DNA from: Acidimicrobiia bacterium | GTDB taxonomy: Bacteria; Actinomycetota; Acidimicrobiia; Spongiisociales; Spongiisociaceae | Direction: 5' to 3' | DNA length: 64,000 nt | Assembly: GCA_022827785.1 (NCBI GenBank) | Contig: JAJEIM010000004.1 | Coordinates: forward strand, 7,409 to 71,408 | Shown: piece after piece, positions 30,191-39,569 of the stretch | How positions within the stretch are numbered: position 1 is the first letter of the stretch | Layout: each line of letters opens with the position of its first letter | Notes under the pieces: model-generated | The model's database searches: none | Seen by the model: only the letters and a program-made list of their open reading frames with translations | Told to the model about the DNA's origin: nothing | Made by a program: the position numbers and the translations under genes

Positions 30191-31414
30191 ATGAGCCATG
30201 GCGGCGCCAGGCCGCGGCAATCCGATCTGGGCATCGGCCTCTACCTGATCCTGGGGCTGGTCGCCTCCCTGGGTCCGATCTCCATAGATACTTATCTCCC
30301 GGCGCTGCCCGAGATCGCCTCGTCACTCGGCGCGTCCGACGGGATGACGCAGATGTCGGTCACCGCGTTCCTGTTGGGGCTCGTTCTGGGACCGGTCGTC
30401 TTCGGCCCGATCTCGGACGCGGTAGGCCGCCGCGGTCTGGTCCTCGGATCCCTGGTCTTCTACTCGCTGGTGAGCCTGTCGATCGCGACGGTCGACTCGA
30501 TCGAGATGCTGATCGGCCTGCGCCTGGCTCAGGCGGCCTGTGGCGGAACGGCCATAGCGCTCGCCCGCAGCATGTTCCGCGATCTTCTGTCGGGTGACGC
30601 CCTGGCGCGGGCCATGTCCATACTGACCATGATCATCCTCGGCGCGCCGATCATCGCCCCCTTCCTAGGCGCACTACTCCTCCTGGCGTGGGGGTGGCGG
30701 TCCATCTTCGTGGTGCTGGGCATCATCGGCGGCCTGGTCTTCATCGCCGCCTGGCGACGGCTGCCCGAAACCCTTCTCCCCGAGCATCGCCGCCCGCTCG
30801 ACCTGGCCATCGTCCTGCGCGGTTACGTATCGATCACCCGGTCGCGAGTCGCTGTCCTATATGCGATCACCGGTGGTGCCGCGGCGGGCGTTCTGTTCGC
30901 CTACCTGGCTGCCGCCCCGTTCATATACATCGACTACTACGGCTTGGAGGAGCAGTGGTTCGGCGTTCTGTTCGGCGTCGGCATCGTGGGCGCCTGGATC
31001 TCCCAGATGATCAACATCCGGTACGTGATGATGATCGGTTACCGGCGAATCGTCCTGATCGGCGCCATCTGCATGGCGGCGCTCTCCGTGCTGCTCTGGT
31101 GGGTCACCTGGACCGACCTGTGGGCCCTGGCCGGCGTGGTACTGGTGTCCACGGTCGTGCTGTCCATGGTCCACCTGGTGACGCCCGGCAGCCAGGCCGG
31201 GGTCCTGGACGAGTTCCCGCCCGACCTGGCGGGCACCGCATCCGCATTCTCCACCGTCGCCCGCTTCACCCTGGGCGCGGCCGGAAGCGCCATGGTCGGG
31301 CTGTTCAACGACGGCACCCCCAAGGCCTTCGGGCTGGTCGTCCTGGCCTTCTCGATCATCGCCCTGGCCGCCGCAGCCGCCGCCTACCCGTCGAAGACCA
31401 CCCACCCCGTATGA
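30191..31414 (+). CDS. Bcr/CflA-family MFS efflux transporter
   Basis: IDTYLPALP, GPISDAVGRR and LPET motifs; about 12 hydrophobic segments. Confidence 0.88.
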   Translation: MSHGGARPRQSDLGIGLYLILGLVASLGPISIDTYLPALPEIASSLGASDGMTQMSVTAFLLGLVLGPVVFGPISDAVGRRGLVLGSLVFYSLVSLSIATVDSIEMLIGLRLAQAACGGTAIALARSMFRDLLSGDALARAMSILTMIILGAPIIAPFLGALLLLAWGWRSIFVVLGIIGGLVFIAAWRRLPETLLPEHRRPLDLAIVLRGYVSITRSRVAVLYAITGGAAAGVLFAYLAAAPFIYIDYYGLEEQWFGVLFGVGIVGAWISQMINIRYVMMIGYRRIVLIGAICMAALSVLLWWVTWTDLWALAGVVLVSTVVLSMVHLVTPGSQAGVLDEFPPDLAGTASAFSTVARFTLGAAGSAMVGLFNDGTPKAFGLVVLAFSIIALAAAAAAYPSKTTHPV

Positions 31415-31417
31415 CCG

Positions 31418-32005
31418 GTGACTCCTAACGATTGCATCAGGAGATTGCTGCCGGCCTTGGGCGCGGCATTGCTGCTGGCCGGGTGCGGACTCCGGGAACC
31501 GCCGGTAACGCAGCAATCCTCACCGCCGCCGTCCGCGCGGGCGGCCGTCCACGACCGGATCGAGGTTCCGTGCGAGGACACGATCACCGAGTTCTCTCCT
31601 CCGGGACCGGACTTGAACACCGTTGAACCCGACTTCGAGATTGTCAGCGGAGTAATCGCTCTACGCACCGCCGAGACCGCCGGGCATGTAGCCCAATTGA
31701 GCGCACATGGCCTCTATGACGACCCGACGCTCCGCCTGGCGGCCAAGACACCACTGCTCGTCCGGCGCGGCGCCACATTCGAGCTTCGGGTCCGCGATGG
31801 ATTCCATGACCGGGTCGCTCTCGATTACGGGCCTTCCGGTCCCTCGCTCCGAACCACCTTCGGGCCTTGCGAGTCCGAGACGGAGTGGCTGCTCTTCACC
31901 GGATACGTGTGGGTGGCAGACCCGGAATGCATCAGCGTGGAGGTCGTACTGCCGGACTCCGCGGTCGAGACTCGCCAGCTGGGTCTTGGCGCGCCCTGCC
32001 CGTGA
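31418..32005 (+). CDS. Hypothetical lipoprotein
   Basis: Lipobox LAGC; several Cys residues; no family recognised. Confidence 0.55.
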   Translation: MTPNDCIRRLLPALGAALLLAGCGLREPPVTQQSSPPPSARAAVHDRIEVPCEDTITEFSPPGPDLNTVEPDFEIVSGVIALRTAETAGHVAQLSAHGLYDDPTLRLAAKTPLLVRRGATFELRVRDGFHDRVALDYGPSGPSLRTTFGPCESETEWLLFTGYVWVADPECISVEVVLPDSAVETRQLGLGAPCP

Positions 32006-32019
32006 CGACATCATCCCCG

Positions 32020-32130
32020 AGGCGGTTTCAGACACCTGACCGGAAGGCCCTGAGGCCCCCCGCCATCCCAAGCTGCCATTGACGACTTCGTGGCCTTCTA
32101 CAACCTCGACAACCGCCACCACCGCACCGA
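32020..32130 (+). pseudogene. Possible remnant of an IS3/IS481-type transposase C-terminus
   Basis: Translates to QAAIDDFVAFYNLDNRHHRT, resembling the YN..R.H tail of rve integrase cores; no intact ORF or inverted repeats seen. Confidence 0.3.
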
Positions 32131-32155
32131 GACTTCGTCGGGGTTGCCGACCCCG

Positions 32156-32611
32156 TCAGGGATTGAGCGCCTGCTGGAGTGCCTCCAGGGCGCGGTCGGA
32201 GTGGAGGCGCATGTTCAGTTCGGAGCGCACGGTCCGCAACACCGTCCCGTCGCGGTCGATCACGAATGTGCGCCGCTTGTCCGGAAGGAAACGACCCCGC
32301 GACACACCGAAGATGCGGGCGATGGCACGGCTCGGATCGGAGAGCAGCGCGAAGCCCAGGGAATTGGCGTCATCGAATTCGAGCTGCCGATCAACCTGAT
32401 CGGCGCTGATTCCCACGATGCTGGCTCCGAGTTCGGCGAACTCTTCCGACAGGTCGCGGAAATAACAGCTCTGGCGGGTTCAACCCGGGGTCATCGCCTT
32501 CGAGTAGAAGTACACCACCACGGGACCCGAGTCGAGCAGATCCCGCAAGGCCAGTGTGTTGCCATGCTGGTCCAGTGCCTCGAAGTCGGGCGCCCTATCT
32601 CCTACCTTCAC
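32156..32611 (-). CDS. bcp: BCP/PrxQ peroxiredoxin with an in-frame TGA at the peroxidatic position (probable selenoprotein, UxxxxC)
   Basis: VKVGDRAPDF...VYFYSKAMTPG-TGA(32482-32480)-TRQSCYFRD...GISAD...RRTFVID in one frame; 151 aa with readthrough. Confidence 0.85.
32438..32471 (-). promoter_or_regulatory. Putative bacterial SECIS hairpin
   Basis: Lower stem GAGCU/AGUUC, upper stem UUCCG/CGGAA, loop CGACCUGU starting 23 nt after the UGA. Confidence 0.55.
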
Positions 32612-32851
32612 CGCTGTCCTCCCTGCGCCGCTGCGGGAACCATTATGGCGTTCGGCTGCCGCAGCCAGCCAAGCCTTCGGCCTTTTGTGGATCACCGGAC
32701 TGTACGGCATGCTGGTCGGGTCATCGGTAGCGCCATAGATCCGCGCCGGGTCGTATCATCCGCAACAGCCTGCGACGAAACGGCCTACCCTGCTGGGTCC
32801 CGGGATGGCTGGTCCAGACTTGGGTAGATCGGCGAGACAAGGAGTGCCGGA

Positions 32852-33781
32852 ATGGGTGATGTGATAGTCACGTGTGCGGTGACGGGCTCGTCCCACACCC
32901 CCACGATGAACAGCGACATCCCGGTGACCGTGGAGGACCATGTCCGCCAGTCGGTCGATGCTGCCCGGGAGGGCGCCGCCGTCATCCACCTCCATGCGCG
33001 GGATCCGAACGATGGGCGGCCCATCTCCGATCCTGGGGTGTTCAGGGAGTACTGCTCCGGGATCAAGGCGGAGTCCGACGCCGTGATCTCGATTACCACC
33101 GGGGGCGCCACCGGCCAGACCATCGAGGAGCGCCTGCGGGTGATCGAGGTACTCAAGCCGGAACTCGCCACCTGCAACCTGGGCACCATGAACTACGGGC
33201 TCTTCCAGATGATCCCTCGCTACGAGGGCCGGTGGAAGTACGACTGGGAGGAGCCGTTTCTCGAGAGCACCAAGTGGGAACCGTTCGTCAACACGTTCGG
33301 CGACATCGAGTACATGCTCACAGTGCTGGCCGAGAAGACCGGATGCCGCTTCGAGTTCGAGGCCTACGACATCGGCCACCTCTACACGCTGGCCCACTTC
33401 GCCGACATGGGACTGGTGAAGCCCCCGATCTTCATGCAGTTCGTGATGGGAACGTTCGGGGGCATCGGCCCGGACATCGAGAACGTGGTCGCCATGAAGA
33501 CGGTGGCCAACCGGCTGTTCGGGCACGACCTCGAGTGGTCGATCCTGGGCGGCGGCCGGTTCCAGTTCGACATCGTGACCGCCGGCGCCACGCTGGGCGG
33601 GAACGTGCGAGTGGGCCTCGAGGACGGCATCTACCTCCGCAAGGGCAAACTCGCCGAGTCCAACGCCGAGCAGGTCGCCAAGATCGTGCGGATCCTGCGC
33701 GAGCTGTCCCGCGAACCCGCCGACCCGGCCGAGACCCGCCATCGCCTGGCCCTCAAGGGGCTCGGTCAGGTCGCGTTCTAA
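32852..33781 (+). CDS. Beta-keto acid cleavage enzyme (BKACE/DUF849), probable dehydrocarnitine cleavage enzyme
   Basis: TCAVTG, IHLHARD, TTGG and RVGLED motifs; adjacent to carnitine dehydrogenase. Confidence 0.88.
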   Translation: MGDVIVTCAVTGSSHTPTMNSDIPVTVEDHVRQSVDAAREGAAVIHLHARDPNDGRPISDPGVFREYCSGIKAESDAVISITTGGATGQTIEERLRVIEVLKPELATCNLGTMNYGLFQMIPRYEGRWKYDWEEPFLESTKWEPFVNTFGDIEYMLTVLAEKTGCRFEFEAYDIGHLYTLAHFADMGLVKPPIFMQFVMGTFGGIGPDIENVVAMKTVANRLFGHDLEWSILGGGRFQFDIVTAGATLGGNVRVGLEDGIYLRKGKLAESNAEQVAKIVRILRELSREPADPAETRHRLALKGLGQVAF

Positions 33782-33790
33782 CACAGAGTC

Positions 33791-35293
33791 ATGGCGCCGG
33801 TCGAGGGGGCTTTCCGGTTGAAGACCTTCGGTGTAGTCGGTACCGGTGTGATCGGCTCCGGCTGGGCCGTCAGGGCCCTGAGCCGGGGAATCGACGTGGT
33901 GGCCTGGGACCCGGCGCCCGGAGCCGAGGACCGGCTGCGGCAGGCAATCGACCGGGCCTGGCCCTCGGTACGAAGGCTGGGCCTGTACCCGGGCGCCGAG
34001 CCTGATCGGATCCGGTTCGCCGGCACCCCGGAGGAGGTGTGCCGCGCCGCCGACTTCATCCAGGAGTCGGCGCCCGAGGACGAGGATCTCAAGCGCACGC
34101 TCCTTGCCCGCTTGGACGCAGCCGCCCGGCCGGACACGATCATCGCCTCCAGCTCCTCCGGGCTGCTCCCCACCCGGATCGCCTCCGATTGCGCCCTCCC
34201 CGACCGGGTGGTGATCGGCCATCCCTTCAACCCCGTCTACCTGCTCCCGCTCTGCGAGGTGGTGGGTGGCGCCGGGACCTCCGCCGGCGCCGTGGAGCGG
34301 GCGGCCGCGGTCTACGACTTCCTGGACATGTACCCCCTGATCGTCCGCCATGAAGTACCCGGGTACCTGTCCGACCGCCTCCAGGAGGCCCTCTGGCGGG
34401 AGACACTCCACCTCGTCAACGAAGGCGTCGCCACCACCGCGGAACTGGACGACGCCATCGTCTACGGACCCGGCCTGCGCTGGGCCGGGATGGGAACCAA
34501 CCTCACCTTCCACCTCGCCGGCGGGAGAGAGGGGATGCGGCACATGCTGGAACAGTTCGGTCCTGCCCTCGCTCTCCCCTGGAGCAAGCTGGAGGCGCCC
34601 GAGCTCACCGCCGGTCTCATCGATTCCATGGTGGAGGGAACCCGCCGGCAGGCCGGCGGACGGACCGTCGAAGAACTCGAGCATCTGCGGGACGACTACC
34701 TCATCGCCACCATGCGAGCGCTGCGTTCGGTGGGACTGGGGGCCGGCGAGATCCTGGCCAGGAGGGAGGCGCGACGCTACGGCGAGTCGTCCCGGACCTG
34801 GTCGGAGGGCGCCGAGGTCCCGGCGCCGCTGGAGCTGTACCGTTGCGACGTGGAACCCGACTGGGTGGACTACAACCGCCACATGACCGAAGCCGCCTAC
34901 CTCACAGCCTTCGGCTGGGCGACCGATGCGCTGTTCCGGTACATAGGCGACGATGAGGACTACCGGGCCGCCGGCCACTCCTTCTACACCGTGGAGACCC
35001 ATATCAACTACCTGCGGGAGGTGGCGGGCGACGACTCCCTCCGGTTCACGACCCTGGTCGTCGGCCTCGACGGCAAGCGGCTCCACATCTATCACGAGAT
35101 GTTCGACGATGCGACCGGAGACCTGGTGGCGGCAACCGAGCAGATGCTGTTGCATATGGACACCGCGGCGGGCCGCCCCGCCCCGATCGGCGGGCGACCC
35201 GCCCGGGCGCTGCAGGCCATCCGCCACGCCCACGCTGCCCTGGACAATCCCGGGTACATGGGCCGGGTGATGAGAACCAGGGAAAAGAGCTGA
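33791..35293 (+). CDS. lcdH: L-carnitine 3-dehydrogenase fused to a C-terminal thioesterase
   Basis: GTGVIGSGW, QESAPE, HPFNPVYLLPL and GPGLRW motifs; hot-dog domain WVDYNRHM...YTVETH. Confidence 0.85.
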   Translation: MAPVEGAFRLKTFGVVGTGVIGSGWAVRALSRGIDVVAWDPAPGAEDRLRQAIDRAWPSVRRLGLYPGAEPDRIRFAGTPEEVCRAADFIQESAPEDEDLKRTLLARLDAAARPDTIIASSSSGLLPTRIASDCALPDRVVIGHPFNPVYLLPLCEVVGGAGTSAGAVERAAAVYDFLDMYPLIVRHEVPGYLSDRLQEALWRETLHLVNEGVATTAELDDAIVYGPGLRWAGMGTNLTFHLAGGREGMRHMLEQFGPALALPWSKLEAPELTAGLIDSMVEGTRRQAGGRTVEELEHLRDDYLIATMRALRSVGLGAGEILARREARRYGESSRTWSEGAEVPAPLELYRCDVEPDWVDYNRHMTEAAYLTAFGWATDALFRYIGDDEDYRAAGHSFYTVETHINYLREVAGDDSLRFTTLVVGLDGKRLHIYHEMFDDATGDLVAATEQMLLHMDTAAGRPAPIGGRPARALQAIRHAHAALDNPGYMGRVMRTREKS

Positions 35294-36453
35294 TGGACTT
35301 CGACCTCACCGGCGAGCAACGCCTCATAATCGATGTCGCCCGCGAATTCACCGAGAAGGAGCTGTTCCCCCACGAGGAGGAGGTGGAGCGCTCCGGCCGG
35401 GTGCGCCCGGAGCTGGTCGACCGGATCAGGTCGCGCTCCATCGCCGCCGGCATCTACGCCGCCAACATGCCCGAGCGCTACGGCGGGGCCGGGCTGGACC
35501 CGCTCACGCTGGCGCTGGTCGAGCGGGAGCTGGGGGCCGCCTCCTACGCCCTCCAGTACATCGTGGCCCGGCCTTCCAACATCCTGCAGGCCTGCCGGGG
35601 TGAACAGGTCGACCGTTACCTCCTTCCCACGGTTCGGGGAGACCGGGTGGAGTGCCTGGCGATGAGCGAGCCCGACGCCGGCTCCGATCTGAGGGGGATG
35701 CGTTGCGCGGCGGTCCGGGACGGCGACAGCTACCTCATCAACGGCACCAAGCACTTGATCAGCCATGCCGATCTAGCCGACTACGTCATCCTGTTCGCCG
35801 CTACCGGGGAGGAACCCGGCCCTCGAGGCCCCAGGAAGCTGATCACCGCCTTCCTGGTCGATATGGGAACTCCCGGATTCGAGGTCCGGCCCGGATACCG
35901 GGCGGTCTCCAACCGCGGTTACCACAACTTCGTCCTCCAGTTCGACGACTGCCGCGTGCCCACATCCGCCGTCCTCGGTGAGGAGCACCAGGGCTTCCTG
36001 GTGGCCAACGAGTGGCTGGGATCGACCCGCCTCCAGGTCGCGGCGGTCTGTCTGGGAAGGGCCCGGCGCGCCATCGACCTGGCCACCGGATGGGCCGCCG
36101 AGCGCACCCAGTTCGGCCGCCGGATCGGCAAGTTCCAGGGGGTGTCGTTCAAGCTGGCCGACATGCGGACCCGCTACGAGGCCGCCGAGTTGCTCACCCT
36201 CCGGGCGGCCTGGAAGGACGGGCAGGGTCGCATGACGGATACGGACGCGGCCATGGCCAAGCTGCATGCCAGCGAGATGTGCCAGTTCGTGACAGACGAA
36301 GCCATCCAGATCTTCGGAGGCATGGGCCTGATGGACGAGCTACCGCTGGAACGACTGTGGCGGGACACCCGGGTGGACCGCATCTGGGACGGAACCTCCG
36401 AGATCCAGCGCCACATCATCTCCCGGGCCATGCTCCGACCCCTCGGCGGGTAG
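35293..36453 (+). CDS. Acyl-CoA dehydrogenase (probably acting on gamma-butyrobetainyl-CoA)
   Basis: MSEPDAGSD, NGTK, RTQFG, QIFGGMG and RIWDGTSEIQ motifs; substrate inferred from context. Confidence 0.88.
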   Translation: MDFDLTGEQRLIIDVAREFTEKELFPHEEEVERSGRVRPELVDRIRSRSIAAGIYAANMPERYGGAGLDPLTLALVERELGAASYALQYIVARPSNILQACRGEQVDRYLLPTVRGDRVECLAMSEPDAGSDLRGMRCAAVRDGDSYLINGTKHLISHADLADYVILFAATGEEPGPRGPRKLITAFLVDMGTPGFEVRPGYRAVSNRGYHNFVLQFDDCRVPTSAVLGEEHQGFLVANEWLGSTRLQVAAVCLGRARRAIDLATGWAAERTQFGRRIGKFQGVSFKLADMRTRYEAAELLTLRAAWKDGQGRMTDTDAAMAKLHASEMCQFVTDEAIQIFGGMGLMDELPLERLWRDTRVDRIWDGTSEIQRHIISRAMLRPLGG

Positions 36454-36459
36454 CCCGAC

Positions 36460-38511
36460 GTGCCGGTTCGGGACTTGGGCCGCCTCCTGCGTCCCCGGAC
36501 GGTGGCGGTAATCGGGGGCGACCCGGCCGAGCGGGCCATCCGCCAGTCGGACCGGCTCGGCTTCGAGGGAGAGATCTGGCCGGTGCACCCCACCCGGTCG
36601 CACATGGCCGGCCGGCGGGTCTACCCATCGCTCGAAGACCTGCCGGGAGCGCCGGACGCCGCCTTCGTGGCCGTGAACCGCCGGCTCACGATCGAGATCG
36701 TCCGGCATCTGGCGGAAATGGGTTGCGGCGGGGCAGTGCTCTACGCCTCGGGATTCGCCGAGGCCGGCGAGGAGGGCGCCCGGCTCCAGGAACAGCTGGT
36801 GGGCGAGCACCGGATGCCGCTGATCGGACCCAACTGCTACGGAACCATCAACGCGGTGGTGGGCGCCGCCCTGTGGCCCGACGTCCAGGGCTGCCGGCGG
36901 GTTCGGAGCGGGCCCGCTCTGATCAGCCAGTCGGGGAACATCTCTCTCAACCTCACCATGAATCGGCGTGGAATCGACTTCAGCCAGGTGGTCTCGCTGG
37001 GCAACCAGTCGTCGGTGACCACCGAGGACTGCCTGGAGCATTTCGCGACCCGGCCCGAGGTGACCGCGGTCGGTATCCACGCCGAGTCGATCGTCGATCC
37101 GATCGCCTTCGGTCGGGCGGCGCTCGCCTGCCGGGACACCCGCACGCCGGTGGTGGTGCTCAAGACCGGAAGGTCGAAGCAAGCTGAGCGCATCACCTCC
37201 TCCCACACGGCGGCGCTGGCCGCCCCGGCCGACGCCTATGACGCCCTGTTCGAGCGCTACGGGGTGGTGGCGGCGGAGTCCATACCGGACTTCATGACCA
37301 CGCTGGGACTGCTGGACACGATCGGCCCGATCCCGGGGAACCGGCTGGTCTCCCTCTCCTGCTCCGGAGGCGAGGCAGCCCTGGTGGCCGACCGGTCGGT
37401 CCATTATCCGGTGGCGTTCCCCGCTTTCGGCTCCCAGCACCGGGACCGGATCGCGGCAACCCTGCCGCAACTGGTGACCATCACCAACCCGCTCGACTAC
37501 CACACCTTCATCTGGGGTGACGAGCCTGCCCTGGAGCGATGCTTCACCGAGGTCGTGACGGGACCGGTCGATGCCGCCATGCTGGTGATCGATTGGCCGT
37601 CGGAGGGCAACGACGACACGGACTGGTGGCCCACCCTGCGGGCCTTCGCCACCGCTGCCGACCGAGTGGGCCGGGCCGGCGTGGTGGTGAGCGGGCTGCC
37701 GGAGAGCTTGCCCGGGAGGATCCGTGCATTTGTAATCGAGCAGGGCCTCGGCATAGCCCATTCGATCGACGAGGCCCTCGGAGGGCTGGCGGCGGCAGCC
37801 GCGTACGGGCGATGGATGGAGAGCCAGCGCCCCCGACTCCACCTGCCGGCAAGAGCGCCCGCCGGTCCTGTCCGCACCCTGGACGAGCCCACTGGCAAAG
37901 CGATCCTCGCCGCACAGGGCATCCGGGTGCCGAAGGGCGTAGTCGTAGACGCGCAACCGGAAGGCAGGCCCGGGGCACATCCGGATCACCTCGGGTTCCC
38001 GCTGGTGGCCAAGGCGGTGGGCCCGGCCCACAAGTCCCGATCCGGGGGGGTCGTCACGGGGATCAGGGACTCCGGCGAGCTCGGGATGGCCGTACGGAGG
38101 CTCGGAAAGGGTGACCGACCCGTGCTGATCGAGGAACAGGTGACGGGCGCGGTTGCAGAGTTGCTGGTGTCGGTGAGCCACCGGCCCCCGATCGGCGTGG
38201 TGGTGACGCTGGGAGCGGGAGGGACCATGGTGGAGTGGCTGGCCGATACCACCACCCTGCTGGTGCCCGTCACCCGCTCCGACCTGCGGCGAGCGCTGGG
38301 CCGCCTCCGTATCGGACGCATGGTGGAGCACCGGACCGGCGGCCCCGACCCGGAGCCGATCTACCAGGTCGTCGACCGGCTCACCAACCTGTTAGCCGAC
38401 CTCCCCGACGTCGTCGAGGTGGAGATCAACCCGCTGATCCTCACCGATGACGGCGCCTGGGCGGCCGACGCCCTGATCTCGGTCACGCCCGAAGGCGGGC
38501 AGCCCTCGTAA
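36460..38511 (+). CDS. Acetate-CoA ligase (ADP-forming) family acyl-CoA synthetase
   Basis: GPNCYG, SQSGN, SHT, SCSGG and NPLDY motifs; ATP-grasp motifs HKS and EINP. Confidence 0.88.
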   Translation: MPVRDLGRLLRPRTVAVIGGDPAERAIRQSDRLGFEGEIWPVHPTRSHMAGRRVYPSLEDLPGAPDAAFVAVNRRLTIEIVRHLAEMGCGGAVLYASGFAEAGEEGARLQEQLVGEHRMPLIGPNCYGTINAVVGAALWPDVQGCRRVRSGPALISQSGNISLNLTMNRRGIDFSQVVSLGNQSSVTTEDCLEHFATRPEVTAVGIHAESIVDPIAFGRAALACRDTRTPVVVLKTGRSKQAERITSSHTAALAAPADAYDALFERYGVVAAESIPDFMTTLGLLDTIGPIPGNRLVSLSCSGGEAALVADRSVHYPVAFPAFGSQHRDRIAATLPQLVTITNPLDYHTFIWGDEPALERCFTEVVTGPVDAAMLVIDWPSEGNDDTDWWPTLRAFATAADRVGRAGVVVSGLPESLPGRIRAFVIEQGLGIAHSIDEALGGLAAAAAYGRWMESQRPRLHLPARAPAGPVRTLDEPTGKAILAAQGIRVPKGVVVDAQPEGRPGAHPDHLGFPLVAKAVGPAHKSRSGGVVTGIRDSGELGMAVRRLGKGDRPVLIEEQVTGAVAELLVSVSHRPPIGVVVTLGAGGTMVEWLADTTTLLVPVTRSDLRRALGRLRIGRMVEHRTGGPDPEPIYQVVDRLTNLLADLPDVVEVEINPLILTDDGAWAADALISVTPEGGQPS

Positions 38512-38530
38512 GGAACCGGATCGTCCCGGC

Positions 38531-39412
38531 TCAGCCTTCCTCATCCTGGGCGGCGAAGATGGACTCGTACCCACCCGACCAGTCCGGTGGGATGAGGCAC
38601 GGCCGGGGATCATGGTGGGCCCATCGCGCCGGCTTCCCGCGTATCACCTTGCCGGTGTTGCGGGTCGGCTGCGGATGGGCCGTGTAGGGGAACGCATCGG
38701 CGGAGGCATAGGCGTTGAGAAGCAGGGGCCGGCCGCTCGGTCTGGCGGTGGGCGGCGAGCCGTGAACCGTGCGGCAGTTGTGGGCCGTGATCGAGCCGGC
38801 CGGTCCGGTGAGGTATTCGACGCTTCCGACATCGAGGGTCGCGGCGTCTTCGGCGGACAGGCACCCGACCCAGCTTCCCTTTTCGTCGTACTGGTCGAAC
38901 AGGGGACCGTCGTGGCTGCCCGGTAGCGCCATAAGGGGCCCATCGTCCATGCCCGTGTCGGTCAGGTACGTGCCGATCGTCAGCGGGCTGTAGTTGGTGT
39001 GCGGATAGAACTGTATGTCCTGATGCCATTTGACATCATCCGAGCCGGCATCCCACTTGAAGTTGAGCTTGGAATGGTGGAACACCACGTCCGGCCCGAC
39101 CAGGTCGGCAGCGACATCGGCGATAAGGCCGGTGGCAAACTCCCAGTACGTCTCATGCAGGCGATCGGGCATCTTGAGACGCCGGATCTGCGGCGAGTCC
39201 GGACCGTGGTCATCGGCCACGTCATAATCCTCGCCCGACTTGCTGACCGTTCGGCTCCGCTCCACAAAGAACGCCGTAACCTCGTTGAGCCGGTCGATCC
39301 AGTCTTGGGAAATCAGCGATTCGGCGACGACATACCCCCGCTCGAAGTACGATTCCCGCTGTTCCTGGGTCAGCACTCGCGGCGGCTCGGCCAGAATCTG
39401 TTCCGGCGTCAT
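38531..39412 (-). CDS. Phytanoyl-CoA dioxygenase (PhyH) family Fe(II)/2-oxoglutarate oxygenase
   Basis: HHSKLNFK, WHQD (HxD), PGSH, HGS and a conserved Arg. Confidence 0.88.
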   Translation of the reverse strand: MTPEQILAEPPRVLTQEQRESYFERGYVVAESLISQDWIDRLNEVTAFFVERSRTVSKSGEDYDVADDHGPDSPQIRRLKMPDRLHETYWEFATGLIADVAADLVGPDVVFHHSKLNFKWDAGSDDVKWHQDIQFYPHTNYSPLTIGTYLTDTGMDDGPLMALPGSHDGPLFDQYDEKGSWVGCLSAEDAATLDVGSVEYLTGPAGSITAHNCRTVHGSPPTARPSGRPLLLNAYASADAFPYTAHPQPTRNTGKVIRGKPARWAHHDPRPCLIPPDWSGGYESIFAAQDEEG

Positions 39413-39569
39413 ATCAGAATTCCCGGGAGGGTGCTCGCACGAATGCGAGTATAGGTAATTGGGCTGGTGCAGGATTACCGCCTGCGGAAACAGTCCTTGA
39501 TCTCCCGGTCGGCGGCTCGGAAGTGACGGCCGTAGAGCGTGACGATTCCGGGGACAATACACTCCGATC

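Noticed and set aside
32156..32710. Peroxiredoxin pseudogene or two separate small genes
   Set aside because: The single stop is TGA exactly at the catalytic Cys codon, both halves are in frame and intact, and a hairpin follows; Sec recoding is more parsimonious, though unproven.
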